Positions 36,424-45,695 of a stretch of 64,000 nucleotides of DNA are shown here, one piece after another (position 1 is the stretch's first letter; each line of letters opens with the position of its first letter). The notes beneath the pieces are model-generated. The model was given only the letters and a program-made list of their open reading frames with translations, searched no databases and was not told where the DNA came from. This DNA comes from Nitrospirota bacterium (GTDB lineage: Bacteria; Nitrospirota; Nitrospiria; JACQBW01), in assembly GCA_016194305.1 (NCBI GenBank), contig JACQBW010000008.1:21684-85683 (forward strand). The letters run 5' to 3'. Made by a program: the position numbers and the translations under genes.

Positions 36424-37716
36424 ATGTCCGAACCATTCATCACCCGACCGACAAATCACTTTGAAAAGTTGTTGAACAGACCCGATTCGGGTTTGGAGGC
36501 CCTGCGACCCAACATGAAGAAACACCAGGAGGTTTTTACCCTTCCTCCAAGCAATGATCATTTCCGGAAAAATTTGAAAAGTCCAGAATCGAAAGAGGAG
36601 GAAGTGCTCAAAACTGAAAAAAATGGAAATGGTGATTCAATTCAAAGTGTGGATAAATCTCCTTCTCCGGAGACTTTGTCAATAAACCCCGTAATCCCGT
36701 CAGCGATTTCGCTAAGTCTGCTTTCTGAATCTATCCCGGACCCGGCCGCTGAAATCTCAACTGGATTTCAGGGAGGAGTCATTCTCCAGGGCGGGGGAGC
36801 ACCTTTTTTATTACCACCGGATTTAAAATTGACCCCGGGGGGCACAAGCCCCTTGGAAGAAAATACCGGGGAGATGCTTGATGTTTACTCTCAGAATGAT
36901 GCCAAGAATGAACTCTCCCTTTCGAATCCGGGGAGCCAGGCTCCGGTTACAAGTGCTACCCAGAGTGATACAATTCGGTCCGATCGAAAATCCGAGGCAA
37001 CGTTATCACTGGAGGCATCCGGCTCCGAAATGGGGATTAATCCGATTTCAGTGGGAAAAAAAGGAGAACAAAAAAGCGAGGCTGAAAATAGTCGTAATGA
37101 AAATAAAAACGAAAACCAGCAGGATCAGAACCCGTCCACGGACCTTTTTTCTCGCCTTTCTTTGGAAAGGCCGCATGAAGGGAGTTTAAATCAGAACGCT
37201 TATTCGGTTCAACGGACAGGAGGAGATCAGTCCGCTCTGTCAATGCAGGCACTTCCACCCGGAGAGAAGGAGATATTACAGCAATTAACCGGTTGGTTAT
37301 CGGCTCATCGAAGCAATGAACTTCAGACCATCAGATTAAAGCTCGCTCCCGAATCTTTAGGAGCAATACAGATCGATCTCTCCGTTCAGAATCAACAGGT
37401 GAAGGCGGATATGATTGCTTCGACCGAACAGGTTAAAGAGCTATTAGTCAGACATCAGGATCTTCTGAGAAACGGTTTGGCGGACAATGGATTACGAATC
37501 GACCAATTGACCGTTCGTCTTGAAGAGACCGCCCAATTCCAGGCTGGAGGGTCCATGAACTTTTTCAAGGGATTTTCTCAAAGGGAAAATTCCCCAACCC
37601 AGGCTTTCTGGAATCAAAGCGAGACCTCGACTCCAATATCCCACGCTCCATTACCGGTGGATCGCACATTGGTATACTCTGAAGGCAAGCAGGGGAGAGT
37701 CAGCATCTATATCTGA
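36424..37716 (+). CDS. fliK: Flagellar hook-length control protein
   Basis: C-terminal Flg_hook domain (LKLAPESLGAIQIDLSVQNQQVKADM...VRHQDLLRNGLADNGLRIDQLTV). Pro/Ser/Gln-rich low-complexity N-terminal half. Confidence 0.7.
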   Translation: MSEPFITRPTNHFEKLLNRPDSGLEALRPNMKKHQEVFTLPPSNDHFRKNLKSPESKEEEVLKTEKNGNGDSIQSVDKSPSPETLSINPVIPSAISLSLLSESIPDPAAEISTGFQGGVILQGGGAPFLLPPDLKLTPGGTSPLEENTGEMLDVYSQNDAKNELSLSNPGSQAPVTSATQSDTIRSDRKSEATLSLEASGSEMGINPISVGKKGEQKSEAENSRNENKNENQQDQNPSTDLFSRLSLERPHEGSLNQNAYSVQRTGGDQSALSMQALPPGEKEILQQLTGWLSAHRSNELQTIRLKLAPESLGAIQIDLSVQNQQVKADMIASTEQVKELLVRHQDLLRNGLADNGLRIDQLTVRLEETAQFQAGGSMNFFKGFSQRENSPTQAFWNQSETSTPISHAPLPVDRTLVYSEGKQGRVSIYI

Positions 37717-37742
37717 TTTTAACAATGGAGGAAAAATAGAAA

Positions 37743-38399
37743 ATGTCTACCGTACCCGTAACAGCAACGACACCGAATCCGATAGGCACCCCTCCAGTCG
37801 GAATTAACACACTGGGTCAGAATGCCTTTCTAAAATTATTGACGACACAACTCAGATACCAGGATCCTCTGAAGCCGATGGACAATACCCAGTTCGTCTC
37901 TCAATTATCGCAATTTAGCCAGCTCGAACAACTTACCAATCTCAATCAAACGATGACGACGATGGGGAGCAATTTTTCAACAATGAATAACAATCAGGTC
38001 GTCAATCTGCTTGGAAAAAATGTCATTGCGCAGGGAGGAACTGTCTCCCTCAATGGTGGTACGGCTCCATCGCTCTTCTACACGCTCAACGGAAATGCTT
38101 CCGCCGTAACACTTTCAATAACCGATTCGACAGGGAACCTCGTTCGGACAATCGATATGGGGCCCCAGGCATCAGGAAGACAATCGGCTTCCTGGGACGG
38201 TTTGAATAATGCGGGGACCGCTCTTCCCCAGGGTGATTACCAATACAGTGTTTCCGCAAAAGATACGACCGGTAACGCCGTTTCGAATACAACCTATACG
38301 CAAGGACTTGTGAGCGGGATCACCTATAATAATGGAGCCGCCTATTTAATTGTCAACGGGACAATGATTCCTGCATCGGGTCTGCTTCAGATAAATTGA
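37743..38399 (+). CDS. flgD: Flagellar hook assembly/capping protein
   Basis: NAFLKLLTTQLRYQDPLKPMDNTQFVSQLSQFSQLEQL N-terminal FlgD signature. Confidence 0.85.
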   Translation: MSTVPVTATTPNPIGTPPVGINTLGQNAFLKLLTTQLRYQDPLKPMDNTQFVSQLSQFSQLEQLTNLNQTMTTMGSNFSTMNNNQVVNLLGKNVIAQGGTVSLNGGTAPSLFYTLNGNASAVTLSITDSTGNLVRTIDMGPQASGRQSASWDGLNNAGTALPQGDYQYSVSAKDTTGNAVSNTTYTQGLVSGITYNNGAAYLIVNGTMIPASGLLQIN

Positions 38400-38518
38400 A
38401 AGAAAAGAATGTTCATAACAAAAATCATGATTACTAACAGTCTAACCAAATTAATAATGTTCGATCTTCAGGATGGACTGTTTCAACATCCTGGAACAAA
38501 ACAAAAAAGGAGGAGATA

Positions 38519-39817
38519 ATGGCTATTCTATCAACACTCTCATCGGGGGTCAGCGGTCTCAATGCCTACGGAGAAGGACTTTCTGTCGTTGGAAATAACA
38601 TTGCGAATATGAATACGGCAGGGTTCAAGGATGGTTCGGCTTCATTCGCCGATATCGTCAGTTCAAACCTTGCAGGAGGAACTTCATCTTCTCAGGTCGG
38701 AAGAGGGGTGTTTGTGGATGCGGTCACAACCAATTTTGGGCAAGGGTCATTTGAAACGACTTCGAACGGACTCAACCTTGCCGTCGACGGGAGTGGAATG
38801 TTTCTGGTGGCGGACGCAGCCGGTGCGGTCAATTACACACGAAACGGCACATTCCAGCTCGACAAAAACGGCATGATGGTCAATCCGGAGGGCCTCTTTG
38901 TTCAAGGTTATCAGGCAAATGCGGCGGGTGTCCTTTCGGGGCAGCTCGGCAGTCTCAATCTGGGAGCGACGGCTTTTCCTCCGCTTGCAACGGCCAATCT
39001 GACTCTGGCAGCAAATCTCAATTCGTCAAATGCGGTGACCGGTCCCTTTGTTCTGGCCAACGCCTCTCAGACATCGAATTTTTCGACCGGAATGTCAATA
39101 TTTGACTCTCTTGGTAATAGCCATCAGATTAATTTTTATTTTACCAAGACTGCGGCCAACACTTGGGCGTGGAATGGCGTGGTCAATGCCGCTGACTCGG
39201 TGAACGGCATCGATGAAGTTCAGGCGCGCGGCACCTTGTCTTTTAATTCTAATGGTGCTCTGACAGCCCAAAGTGCTACAACGTATCTTTCAAATGCGGT
39301 TGCTGCCACTGGATTTAATTTTTCAGGAGGAGCAACGGCCAATCAAGCGGTTACATTTAACTTTGGAACGCCACTTCCGGGTGGTACGGGCCTGAATGGA
39401 ATTACTCAATTTGCCGGAACGTCAGCAATCTTGAATTTGACTCAGGATGGATACGCAACCGGTTCGCTCGAAAGTGTTTCAATTGGAAAGGATGGGACGA
39501 TATCCGGACTTTTTACCAATGGTAAGAACAGGACTCTGGGGCAGGTCGCGCTCGCCCGGTTTAACAGCCCGGAAGGACTCTCTCACCTCGGAAATAATCT
39601 TTTTGGCGCCACTGCCGATTCAGGCGCTCCGATAGTCGGGACGCCCGCCGCGTCAGGTCTTGGTACGATTCTGGCCGGTTCCCTTGAATTATCCAATGTC
39701 GATCTGGCGGAACAGTTTACAAAGATGATTGAATTCCAACGTGGATTTGACGCAAATTCTAAAGTCATCACGACAACCGATGATATGCTTCAAACCTTGG
39801 TCAATATCAAAAGGTAG
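38519..39817 (+). CDS. flgE: Flagellar hook protein
   Basis: N-terminal GLNAYGEGLSVVGNNIANMNTAGFK and C-terminal LAEQFTKMIEFQRGFDANSKVITT flagellar rod/hook family termini. Confidence 0.9.
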   Translation: MAILSTLSSGVSGLNAYGEGLSVVGNNIANMNTAGFKDGSASFADIVSSNLAGGTSSSQVGRGVFVDAVTTNFGQGSFETTSNGLNLAVDGSGMFLVADAAGAVNYTRNGTFQLDKNGMMVNPEGLFVQGYQANAAGVLSGQLGSLNLGATAFPPLATANLTLAANLNSSNAVTGPFVLANASQTSNFSTGMSIFDSLGNSHQINFYFTKTAANTWAWNGVVNAADSVNGIDEVQARGTLSFNSNGALTAQSATTYLSNAVAATGFNFSGGATANQAVTFNFGTPLPGGTGLNGITQFAGTSAILNLTQDGYATGSLESVSIGKDGTISGLFTNGKNRTLGQVALARFNSPEGLSHLGNNLFGATADSGAPIVGTPAASGLGTILAGSLELSNVDLAEQFTKMIEFQRGFDANSKVITTTDDMLQTLVNIKR

Positions 39818-39830
39818 GGAGTAAACAACA

Positions 39831-39859
39831 GAGAGAAGGAGGATTCGCCTCCTTCTCTC
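39831..39859 (+). terminator. Perfect 12-bp hairpin (gagagaaggagg-attcg-cctccttctctc) 14 nt after the flgE stop; possible terminator/attenuator
   Basis: Stem read directly. The downstream tract is only moderately U-rich (ccttctgttcg). Confidence 0.4.
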
Positions 39860-39886
39860 CCTTCTGTTCGATAGAGATCCAATCCG

Positions 39887-39906
39887 TCTGTCAATAAATT
39901 GACAGA
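39887..39906. promoter_or_regulatory. 20-bp perfect palindrome TCTGTCAATAAATTGACAGA ~135 bp upstream of the fliL sigma-54 promoter; candidate enhancer/operator
   Basis: 9-bp arms with AA centre. Same TGnC-N8-GnCA architecture as the palindrome at 11567. Confidence 0.35.
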
Positions 39907-40039
39907 GTCCTTCCTCCGCTTGACACACATTCTCTTAAACCGGCCTGAAATCAGTTTAAATTACGTCCATCTCTTCTTCGCTAACAATAATATTCAATTA
40001 TTTCAATCCCTTTTATCCTCAGTGACATGAACTATAGAA

Positions 40040-40055
40040 TGGCATGGACGTTGCA
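40040..40055 (+). promoter_or_regulatory. Sigma-54 promoter TGGCATggacgTTGCA upstream of fliL
   Basis: GG/GC spacing of 10. 40 bp upstream of the fliL ATG. Confidence 0.55.
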
Positions 40056-40094
40056 ACATGCCGAACTGGAATCTTTTAATTAGAAAGGAAAATA

Positions 40095-40637
40095 ATGGCA
40101 GACGAACCGAAGAATAAGGAAAAAGAGGGGGAGGAGAAGGGAGAAGCTCCTAAAAAGAGTTCGAAAACGAAGCTGATCATCTTTATCGTCCTCGGAGTTG
40201 TTCTTGTAGGAGGACTGGTCGGAGGGGGTCTCCTGTTTTTTAAACGGAGTTCAACGGCCGAAGCCAAGAAAACGCCGACGAAGGAGGAGGTCAAGGCAGA
40301 AACGAAAAAAGAGGCCGCAAAACAGGAGGATAATATTTCGATGTTTTCCCTCGATCCTTTTGTGGTCAATCTCGTCAGTAATCCTTCCGAAATCCGTTAC
40401 CTGAAGGTGACCATAAAACTTCAGCTTGCAAAGGCCGATTACACTCAGGAGATGACGGATCATCTCCCGCAGATCCGGGACGCGTTACTGATCCTCCTGA
40501 GCAGTAAAGATTATGTGGCGCTACGAACAGTCGAAGGAAAGATGGAGCTCCGGGACGAAATTCTGGAGAGAGTCAATCGGATCGCCAAAGGGGACAAGGC
40601 AAAGGCCGCCTACTTTACTGAATTCGTCATACAATAG
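40095..40637 (+). CDS. fliL: Flagellar basal-body-associated protein
   Basis: Lys/Glu-rich N-terminus, single TM, then FSLDPFVVNL...YLKVTIKLQL...ELRDEILERVN FliL domain. Confidence 0.7.
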   Translation: MADEPKNKEKEGEEKGEAPKKSSKTKLIIFIVLGVVLVGGLVGGGLLFFKRSSTAEAKKTPTKEEVKAETKKEAAKQEDNISMFSLDPFVVNLVSNPSEIRYLKVTIKLQLAKADYTQEMTDHLPQIRDALLILLSSKDYVALRTVEGKMELRDEILERVNRIAKGDKAKAAYFTEFVIQ

Positions 40638-40692
40638 GGAATTTGTTTATCTTAAATGGTGTTGAATCTGACGAGAAGGGCTATTGGTCAAA

Positions 40693-40760
40693 CCGCGGGA
40701 GCCACGCGGACGGAACGTACAGATTCAGTACGTGAGTCTTGCTGAGCGACGAGAACGACG
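40693..40760. repeat. ~85-bp hairpin repeat element, copy E3 (between fliL and fliM)
   Basis: ccgcgggagccacgcgg...acgtac-agattca-gtacgt...gagcgacgagaacgacg. Same orientation as E1. Confidence 0.5.
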
Positions 40761-40797
40761 CCAATGACTCGTTGTTGTCAGATGAGGAGAAAATAAT

Positions 40798-41793
40798 ATG
40801 GCAGATAAAGTTCTTTCTCAGGCCGAGGTCGACGCCCTCTTAAGGGGAGTCACCGATGGCAGCGTCAAGACTGCCGAAAAAACACCTCCTCCAACGGGGG
40901 TGAGAACCTATGACCTGACCAGTCAGGAGAGAATCATACGGGGTAGAATGCCGACGCTCGAGATTATCAATGAGCGTTTTGCACGATTTTTTCAAGTGTC
41001 ACTCTCTTCGACGATACGTAAAACGGTCGATTTTTCCCCTCAATCAATCGGTGTGACCAAATTTAATGAATTTATTAGGAAGGTTCCTGTGCCCAGCAGC
41101 CTGATCGTTCTTAAGATGGAACCGCTCCGGGGGAATGCGCTTCTCGTGCTGGATGCGAGCCTCGTTTTTATTCTACTCGATTATTTTTTGGGAGGAAAGG
41201 GCCAAACTTATGTCAAACCGGAAGGAAGAGACTTTACCGCGATTGAACAAAAATTCATACAGAAACTTCTTGAGATGATTCTATCAGACCTTGAAAAAGC
41301 CTGGAACCCGGTCTATCAAACCAAAATTTCCGTGGTCAGAAGTGAAATTAACCCTCAATTTGTCATGATCGTGGCTCCGACCGAAGTCACTGTGACCATC
41401 ACCTTCAAGGTTGAGTTAGAAGATAAGAATTTCGATCTTTTTCTCTGTCTTCCTTATCCTACGATAGAACCGATCCGGGAGAAACTCTATGGAGGATTTC
41501 AGAGTGATCAGCTCGAAGTCGATAAGGGCTGGGGAGATCGATTTAAAAGCCAGCTCGAAGGGTGTGCCGTCGATATGATGGCAGAGCTGGGAACAGCGAC
41601 TCTTTCACTTCAGGAAGTCGGTCAACTTTCAAAAGGTGACGTAATTCTTCTGGATAGAGCGGTCAATGACGAACTGGTATTGAAAATTGAAAACCGGCCC
41701 AAATTTTTAGGACACCCCGGTGTGTCTCATGGGAACACTGCATTTCAGGTGACCCGGATTATTCGTTCACAGGAGGAGGTCAAAAATGGCTAA
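40798..41793 (+). CDS. fliM: Flagellar motor switch protein
   Basis: MADKVLSQAEVDALL N-terminal CheY-P-binding motif; LVFILLDYFLGG. RBS gaggag. Confidence 0.9.
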   Translation: MADKVLSQAEVDALLRGVTDGSVKTAEKTPPPTGVRTYDLTSQERIIRGRMPTLEIINERFARFFQVSLSSTIRKTVDFSPQSIGVTKFNEFIRKVPVPSSLIVLKMEPLRGNALLVLDASLVFILLDYFLGGKGQTYVKPEGRDFTAIEQKFIQKLLEMILSDLEKAWNPVYQTKISVVRSEINPQFVMIVAPTEVTVTITFKVELEDKNFDLFLCLPYPTIEPIREKLYGGFQSDQLEVDKGWGDRFKSQLEGCAVDMMAELGTATLSLQEVGQLSKGDVILLDRAVNDELVLKIENRPKFLGHPGVSHGNTAFQVTRIIRSQEEVKNG

Positions 41794-42178
41794 TGAAGCA
41801 GGAGCGGCTCCCACACCCGTTCAGGGGAACTCCGCAGGAACAGAAAAAAAAGCAACTCCCGAAGCAAAACCGGCATCATTTTCTCCGGTGCAGGATAAAA
41901 AGGGGGGAGACTCCTTGAATAATATCGAATTTATTTTGGATGTCCCCCTCAGGATTAATGTCAATCTCGGTGCAGCCAGAATGGTGATTAAAGACCTGCT
42001 CCAGCTTGGTCAGGGATCCGTGATTGAACTTGAAAAACTGGCCGGCGAACCCATGGATGTGATGATTGGAGAAAAATTGGTTGCCCGGGGAGAGGTCGTT
42101 GTGGTCAATGATAGATTTGGCGTGAGGTTGACGGATATTGTGAGCCCGACGGAAAGAATCAAACAGCTCAACAAGTAG
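41786..42178 (+). CDS. fliN: Flagellar motor switch protein FliN/FliY
   Basis: SpoA domain LDVPLRINVNLGAARMVIKDLLQLGQGSVIELEKLAGEPMDVMIG. Confidence 0.9.
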   Translation: MANEAGAAPTPVQGNSAGTEKKATPEAKPASFSPVQDKKGGDSLNNIEFILDVPLRINVNLGAARMVIKDLLQLGQGSVIELEKLAGEPMDVMIGEKLVARGEVVVVNDRFGVRLTDIVSPTERIKQLNK

Positions 42179-42202
42179 TGGATTCTTGGATAAAGGCTCA
42201 AC

Positions 42203-42285
42203 TGCGTCGTTCTCGAATCTCGGCTTCCTCAACGTATATTCAACATACGCCTCGGTCGCCCCGATTCTGCGGCCTGGCATTTGAC
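42203..42285. repeat. ~85-bp hairpin repeat element, copy E4 (between fliN and fliO)
   Basis: tcgttctcg...caacgtat-attcaac-atacg...ctgcggcctggc. The stem carries a compensatory C-G to T-A change relative to the other copies. Confidence 0.5.
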
Positions 42286-42317
42286 GCCTTACTCAGAGAA
42301 TCAAAAAAAGGCATGAC

Positions 42318-42626
42318 ATGGATATTGTAACCGCTCTGATTAAAATGATTTCGGCACTGGCGATCGTCTTCGGATTGATGGCGCTCACTGCATATGGTGC
42401 CCGCCGTTTCCTGGCATCCAGAATCGGAACGCCCGGTAACGGCCCGCTCATGAAAGTTCAAGCGTCGATCAGTCTCGGGGTTAAGAAGGAAATCGCACTG
42501 GTTGAAGTCGGAGGGAACTTCCTCGTCGTAGGCGTGACGCCAAATCAGATCTCACTACTGATCCGGATTGAGAAAGAGAATCTGGTTTCGCCCCCTTCAC
42601 TGGAAGAGAAAGGAAGCGTGGCATGA
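42318..42626 (+). CDS. fliO: Flagellar biosynthesis protein FliO (FliZ)
   Basis: Small single-TM protein in the fliN-fliP position. Overlaps the fliP start. Confidence 0.6.
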   Translation: MDIVTALIKMISALAIVFGLMALTAYGARRFLASRIGTPGNGPLMKVQASISLGVKKEIALVEVGGNFLVVGVTPNQISLLIRIEKENLVSPPSLEEKGSVA

Positions 42627-43390
42627 TTAAGCGCTTCTTAATCGGGATCCTCACTGGAGCAGTCTTGGTGGTTTTGATTTACCCGGTGTCTGCCGCTCAG
42701 GTCACTTCAAAGGATGCCGGACCCTCGATCTCGATTAATATGGGAAACGGCCAGCCCGCAGAACTATCAGTCGTGATACAGATCATGACCCTGCTGACGC
42801 TGCTCACTCTGGCTCCGGCAATCCTGATGATGATGACTTCCTTTATCCGTATTGTCGTTGTCTTTTCATTTCTCCGTCAGGCTTTGGGTACCATGCAGTC
42901 TCCACCCAACCAGGTCATTATTAGTCTGGCGCTCTTCCTGACTCTTTTTATCATGACGCCGGTATGGCAGAAGATCAATCAGAACGCCTTGCAACCCTAT
43001 CTCAAGCATCAAATGAGTCAAAGCGACGCTATAACTCAGGCCGAAGGGCCACTCAGGAGTTTTATGTTAAAACAGGTGAGAGAAAAGGACCTGGCGCTCT
43101 TTGTCGAAATTTCCAAAATGACTCCTCCGAAGGAGCCTTCGGATATCCCGATGCAAGTCATGATTCCAGCGTTTATGATCAGCGAACTGAGAACGGCTTT
43201 CCAAATCGGTTTTTTAGTATACCTACCGTTTCTCGTCATTGATCTGGTGGTTGCGAGTGTCCTGATGTCCATGGGAATGATGATGCTTCCTCCGGTGATG
43301 GTTTCGCTTCCATTTAAGCTCATTCTCTTTGTTCTATCTGACGGCTGGTACCTGGTGGTCGGATCACTCGTCAAAAGTTTCGGCACTTAG
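42623..43390 (+). CDS. fliP: Flagellar type III export apparatus protein
   Basis: LTLLTLAPAILMMMTSFIRIVVVFSFLRQALG...PFLVIDLVVASVLMSMGMMMLPP. Confidence 0.9.
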   Translation: MIKRFLIGILTGAVLVVLIYPVSAAQVTSKDAGPSISINMGNGQPAELSVVIQIMTLLTLLTLAPAILMMMTSFIRIVVVFSFLRQALGTMQSPPNQVIISLALFLTLFIMTPVWQKINQNALQPYLKHQMSQSDAITQAEGPLRSFMLKQVREKDLALFVEISKMTPPKEPSDIPMQVMIPAFMISELRTAFQIGFLVYLPFLVIDLVVASVLMSMGMMMLPPVMVSLPFKLILFVLSDGWYLVVGSLVKSFGT

Positions 43391-43413
43391 TGGATGTTGA
43401 AAAAACTTCATTT

Positions 43414-43505
43414 GCTTTGTTCTCGTTGCTCGGCAATCCTCACGTACGTTTCATGTACGCTCCGGTTGCCTCACTCCTGCGGCCTTGCAACTGAAGCTTT
43501 TTGAA
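43414..43505. repeat. ~85-bp hairpin repeat element, copy E5 (between fliP and fliQ)
   Basis: ttgttctcgttgctcggcaatcctcacgtacg-tttcat-gtacg...ctgcggccttgc. Near full-length match to the reverse complement of E1. Confidence 0.5.
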
Positions 43506-43531
43506 CATCCTTATCGAAAAGGAAAAATATT

Positions 43532-43801
43532 ATGACACCGGAGTTTGTCATAGACATTGGTCAACGCGTCATCGAAATCACCCTTCTCCTTTCAGCGCCG
43601 ATTTTGGTGCTGAGTTTAGTTGTGGGCCTACTGGTTTCGCTGTTGCAGGCGGTGACGCAGATTAACGAAGCGACACTGACCTTTTTCCCCAAGATTGTGG
43701 TTGTGGCGATCGCACTCGTGGTTTTCATGCCTTGGATGTTAACAACCCTGATTTCATTCACGACGGAGATGCTCGCCAGTTTTCCACTTGCAATGCATTA
43801 A
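43532..43801 (+). CDS. fliQ: Flagellar type III export apparatus protein
   Basis: 89-aa two-TM protein; LLLSAPILVLSLVVGLLVSLLQAVTQINE. Confidence 0.85.
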   Translation: MTPEFVIDIGQRVIEITLLLSAPILVLSLVVGLLVSLLQAVTQINEATLTFFPKIVVVAIALVVFMPWMLTTLISFTTEMLASFPLAMH

Positions 43802-43812
43802 AAAAAGGTGCG

Positions 43813-44595
43813 ATGGAAGAATTTGTAAAATATATCATTAGAAATGAAGTTCTCTTTATATTTGTATTAGCGAGAGTCTCCGCTTTCCTGGTGGCGATTC
43901 CAGTTCTGGATGGCACGATGATTCCGAATTCTTTCAAGATATTTCTGGCTTTTTCCATTTCGTTGATACTTCTTCCTCTGGTCCATATCACTACGCCTCC
44001 GGTCGAAATGCTCCCACTCACTCTCGGTCTTCTGGGGGAGGTTCTCATGGGATTGGTCATTGGATATGGTGCCCGCGCTATATTTACAGCGGTAGAGATC
44101 GGTGCCGAATTGAGCGGTCTTCAAATGGGATTTGGCATTGCTAATATCTACAATCCCCTTTCCGGGCAGACCGATTCGGTCGTTGGAAGATTCGAATTGA
44201 TGCTTGCATTCCTGGTCTTCTTCGGAATAAATGCGCATCATATTCTCATCCAGACATTGGTACTCAGTTTCTCGATTGTCCCATTCTCAGGTCCGGTTAT
44301 GTCGGGTGCTGTCATTCAACATCTGATCTCGATAACCGGCAATATGTTTCTCATCGGAATGAAGATTGCTGTTCCGGTGACGATCACACTTCTACTTGCC
44401 AATGGCGCTCTCGGGCTACTTTCCCGCCTTGTTCCACAGATCAATGTGTTCATGACCAGTTTTGCGGTGACGATCGGCCTCGGTTTGATCGTCCTGGGTG
44501 CTTCCCTGTCCGTTTTGGTGACTTTGGTCCGAAATCAAATGTCCGGTTTAGACGGCGTTCTCATCACCCTATTGCGTGAAGTTCGGGGGATCTGA
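43813..44595 (+). CDS. fliR: Flagellar type III export apparatus protein
   Basis: Polytopic membrane protein in the fliQ-flhB position. Internal ATG with aaaggtg RBS chosen over the overlapping upstream start. Confidence 0.8.
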   Translation: MEEFVKYIIRNEVLFIFVLARVSAFLVAIPVLDGTMIPNSFKIFLAFSISLILLPLVHITTPPVEMLPLTLGLLGEVLMGLVIGYGARAIFTAVEIGAELSGLQMGFGIANIYNPLSGQTDSVVGRFELMLAFLVFFGINAHHILIQTLVLSFSIVPFSGPVMSGAVIQHLISITGNMFLIGMKIAVPVTITLLLANGALGLLSRLVPQINVFMTSFAVTIGLGLIVLGASLSVLVTLVRNQMSGLDGVLITLLREVRGI

Positions 44596-45695
44596 TGTCT
44601 GAAGATCAACAGGAACGTACGGAGCAGGCGAGTCAAAAACGCCGCGACGAAGCGAAGAAAAAGGGGAGGGGGCCAAAAAGCCGAGAAATAACGACGGCCG
44701 CAATCATGTTAGCATCCGTTATTTTTCTGATATTTGGGAGCCCGGTCGTCATTGCACGGATGAAGGAGTTGATGGTCTTGATTTGGAGCGGTTCTCTAAG
44801 CGCACCCATGTCGCCAGAATCATTTCAACAGTTAATGAACGGAGCTGTCCTGGAAAGCCTTAAAACGATCGGTCCGATCATGCTCTTTTTTGGTACGGTT
44901 GGCGTCCTCTCCATTACAGGACAAACCGGCCTGATTTGGTCTGAATCGCCCATCGCACCAGATTGGTCCAGAGTGAGTCCCATTGCGGGATTCAGACGGA
45001 TCGTCTCGTTTCAGTCGTCCGCCGAACTGATCAAAGGGGTGATCAAACTTGTTTTGATAGGATGGATATCCTACCGTTTGATTCAAAATGATATCTCGAC
45101 CATCATTGAAGCAGTCGATTCCGATCCCCAGCGCCTTCTCCTCATGACCGTCACCTTTGCGACGCGTCTCATTTTGTGGGTTGGGATCGCAATGGTCTTT
45201 CTGGCCGCAATGGATTACCTTTTTCAGTTCTGGAATTTTGAACGATCCATCAGAATGACCCGGCAGGAGATCAAAGAGGAGTCAAAACAGACGGAGGGGG
45301 ATCCGCTGATTCGTTCCCGAATCCGAAACCTGCAACGTTCATATGCCCGAAGGAGAATGATGTCTGACGTTCCGAAAGCGGATGTCGTCATAACCAATCC
45401 AACCCATCTTGCGGTTGCCCTCATGTACCGGTCTGAAACGATGGGAGCCCCAATGGTGGTCGCCAAAGGGGCGGGAATGATTGCGGAAACAATCCGGGAA
45501 ATTGCCAGGAAAAATCAGATTCCCGTGTTGGAAAATAAATCTCTGGCCAGAACCCTTTTCAAAGGGGTCAAGATTGGATCCCCGATACCCTCGAACCTTT
45601 ACAAGGCGGTTGCCGAAATTCTTGCCTATGTTTATCAATTGCGCGGAAAGAGAATAATATCGGGTAGAAAAATAATGGAGAATCCTCGTGGCTGA
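44595..45695 (+). CDS. flhB: Flagellar type III export switch protein
   Basis: MSEDQQERTEQASQKRRDEA N-terminus; NPTHLAVAL autocleavage motif. Confidence 0.9.
   Translation: MSEDQQERTEQASQKRRDEAKKKGRGPKSREITTAAIMLASVIFLIFGSPVVIARMKELMVLIWSGSLSAPMSPESFQQLMNGAVLESLKTIGPIMLFFGTVGVLSITGQTGLIWSESPIAPDWSRVSPIAGFRRIVSFQSSAELIKGVIKLVLIGWISYRLIQNDISTIIEAVDSDPQRLLLMTVTFATRLILWVGIAMVFLAAMDYLFQFWNFERSIRMTRQEIKEESKQTEGDPLIRSRIRNLQRSYARRRMMSDVPKADVVITNPTHLAVALMYRSETMGAPMVVAKGAGMIAETIREIARKNQIPVLENKSLARTLFKGVKIGSPIPSNLYKAVAEILAYVYQLRGKRIISGRKIMENPRG

Noticed and set aside
42269-42284. TGGCATttgacGCC inside repeat E4 resembling a sigma-54 -24/-12 element upstream of fliO
   Set aside because: GG-to-GC spacing is 9 rather than 10, and the -12 region lacks TTGC. 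It is most likely a fortuitous part of the repeat consensus (CTGCGGCCTGGC).
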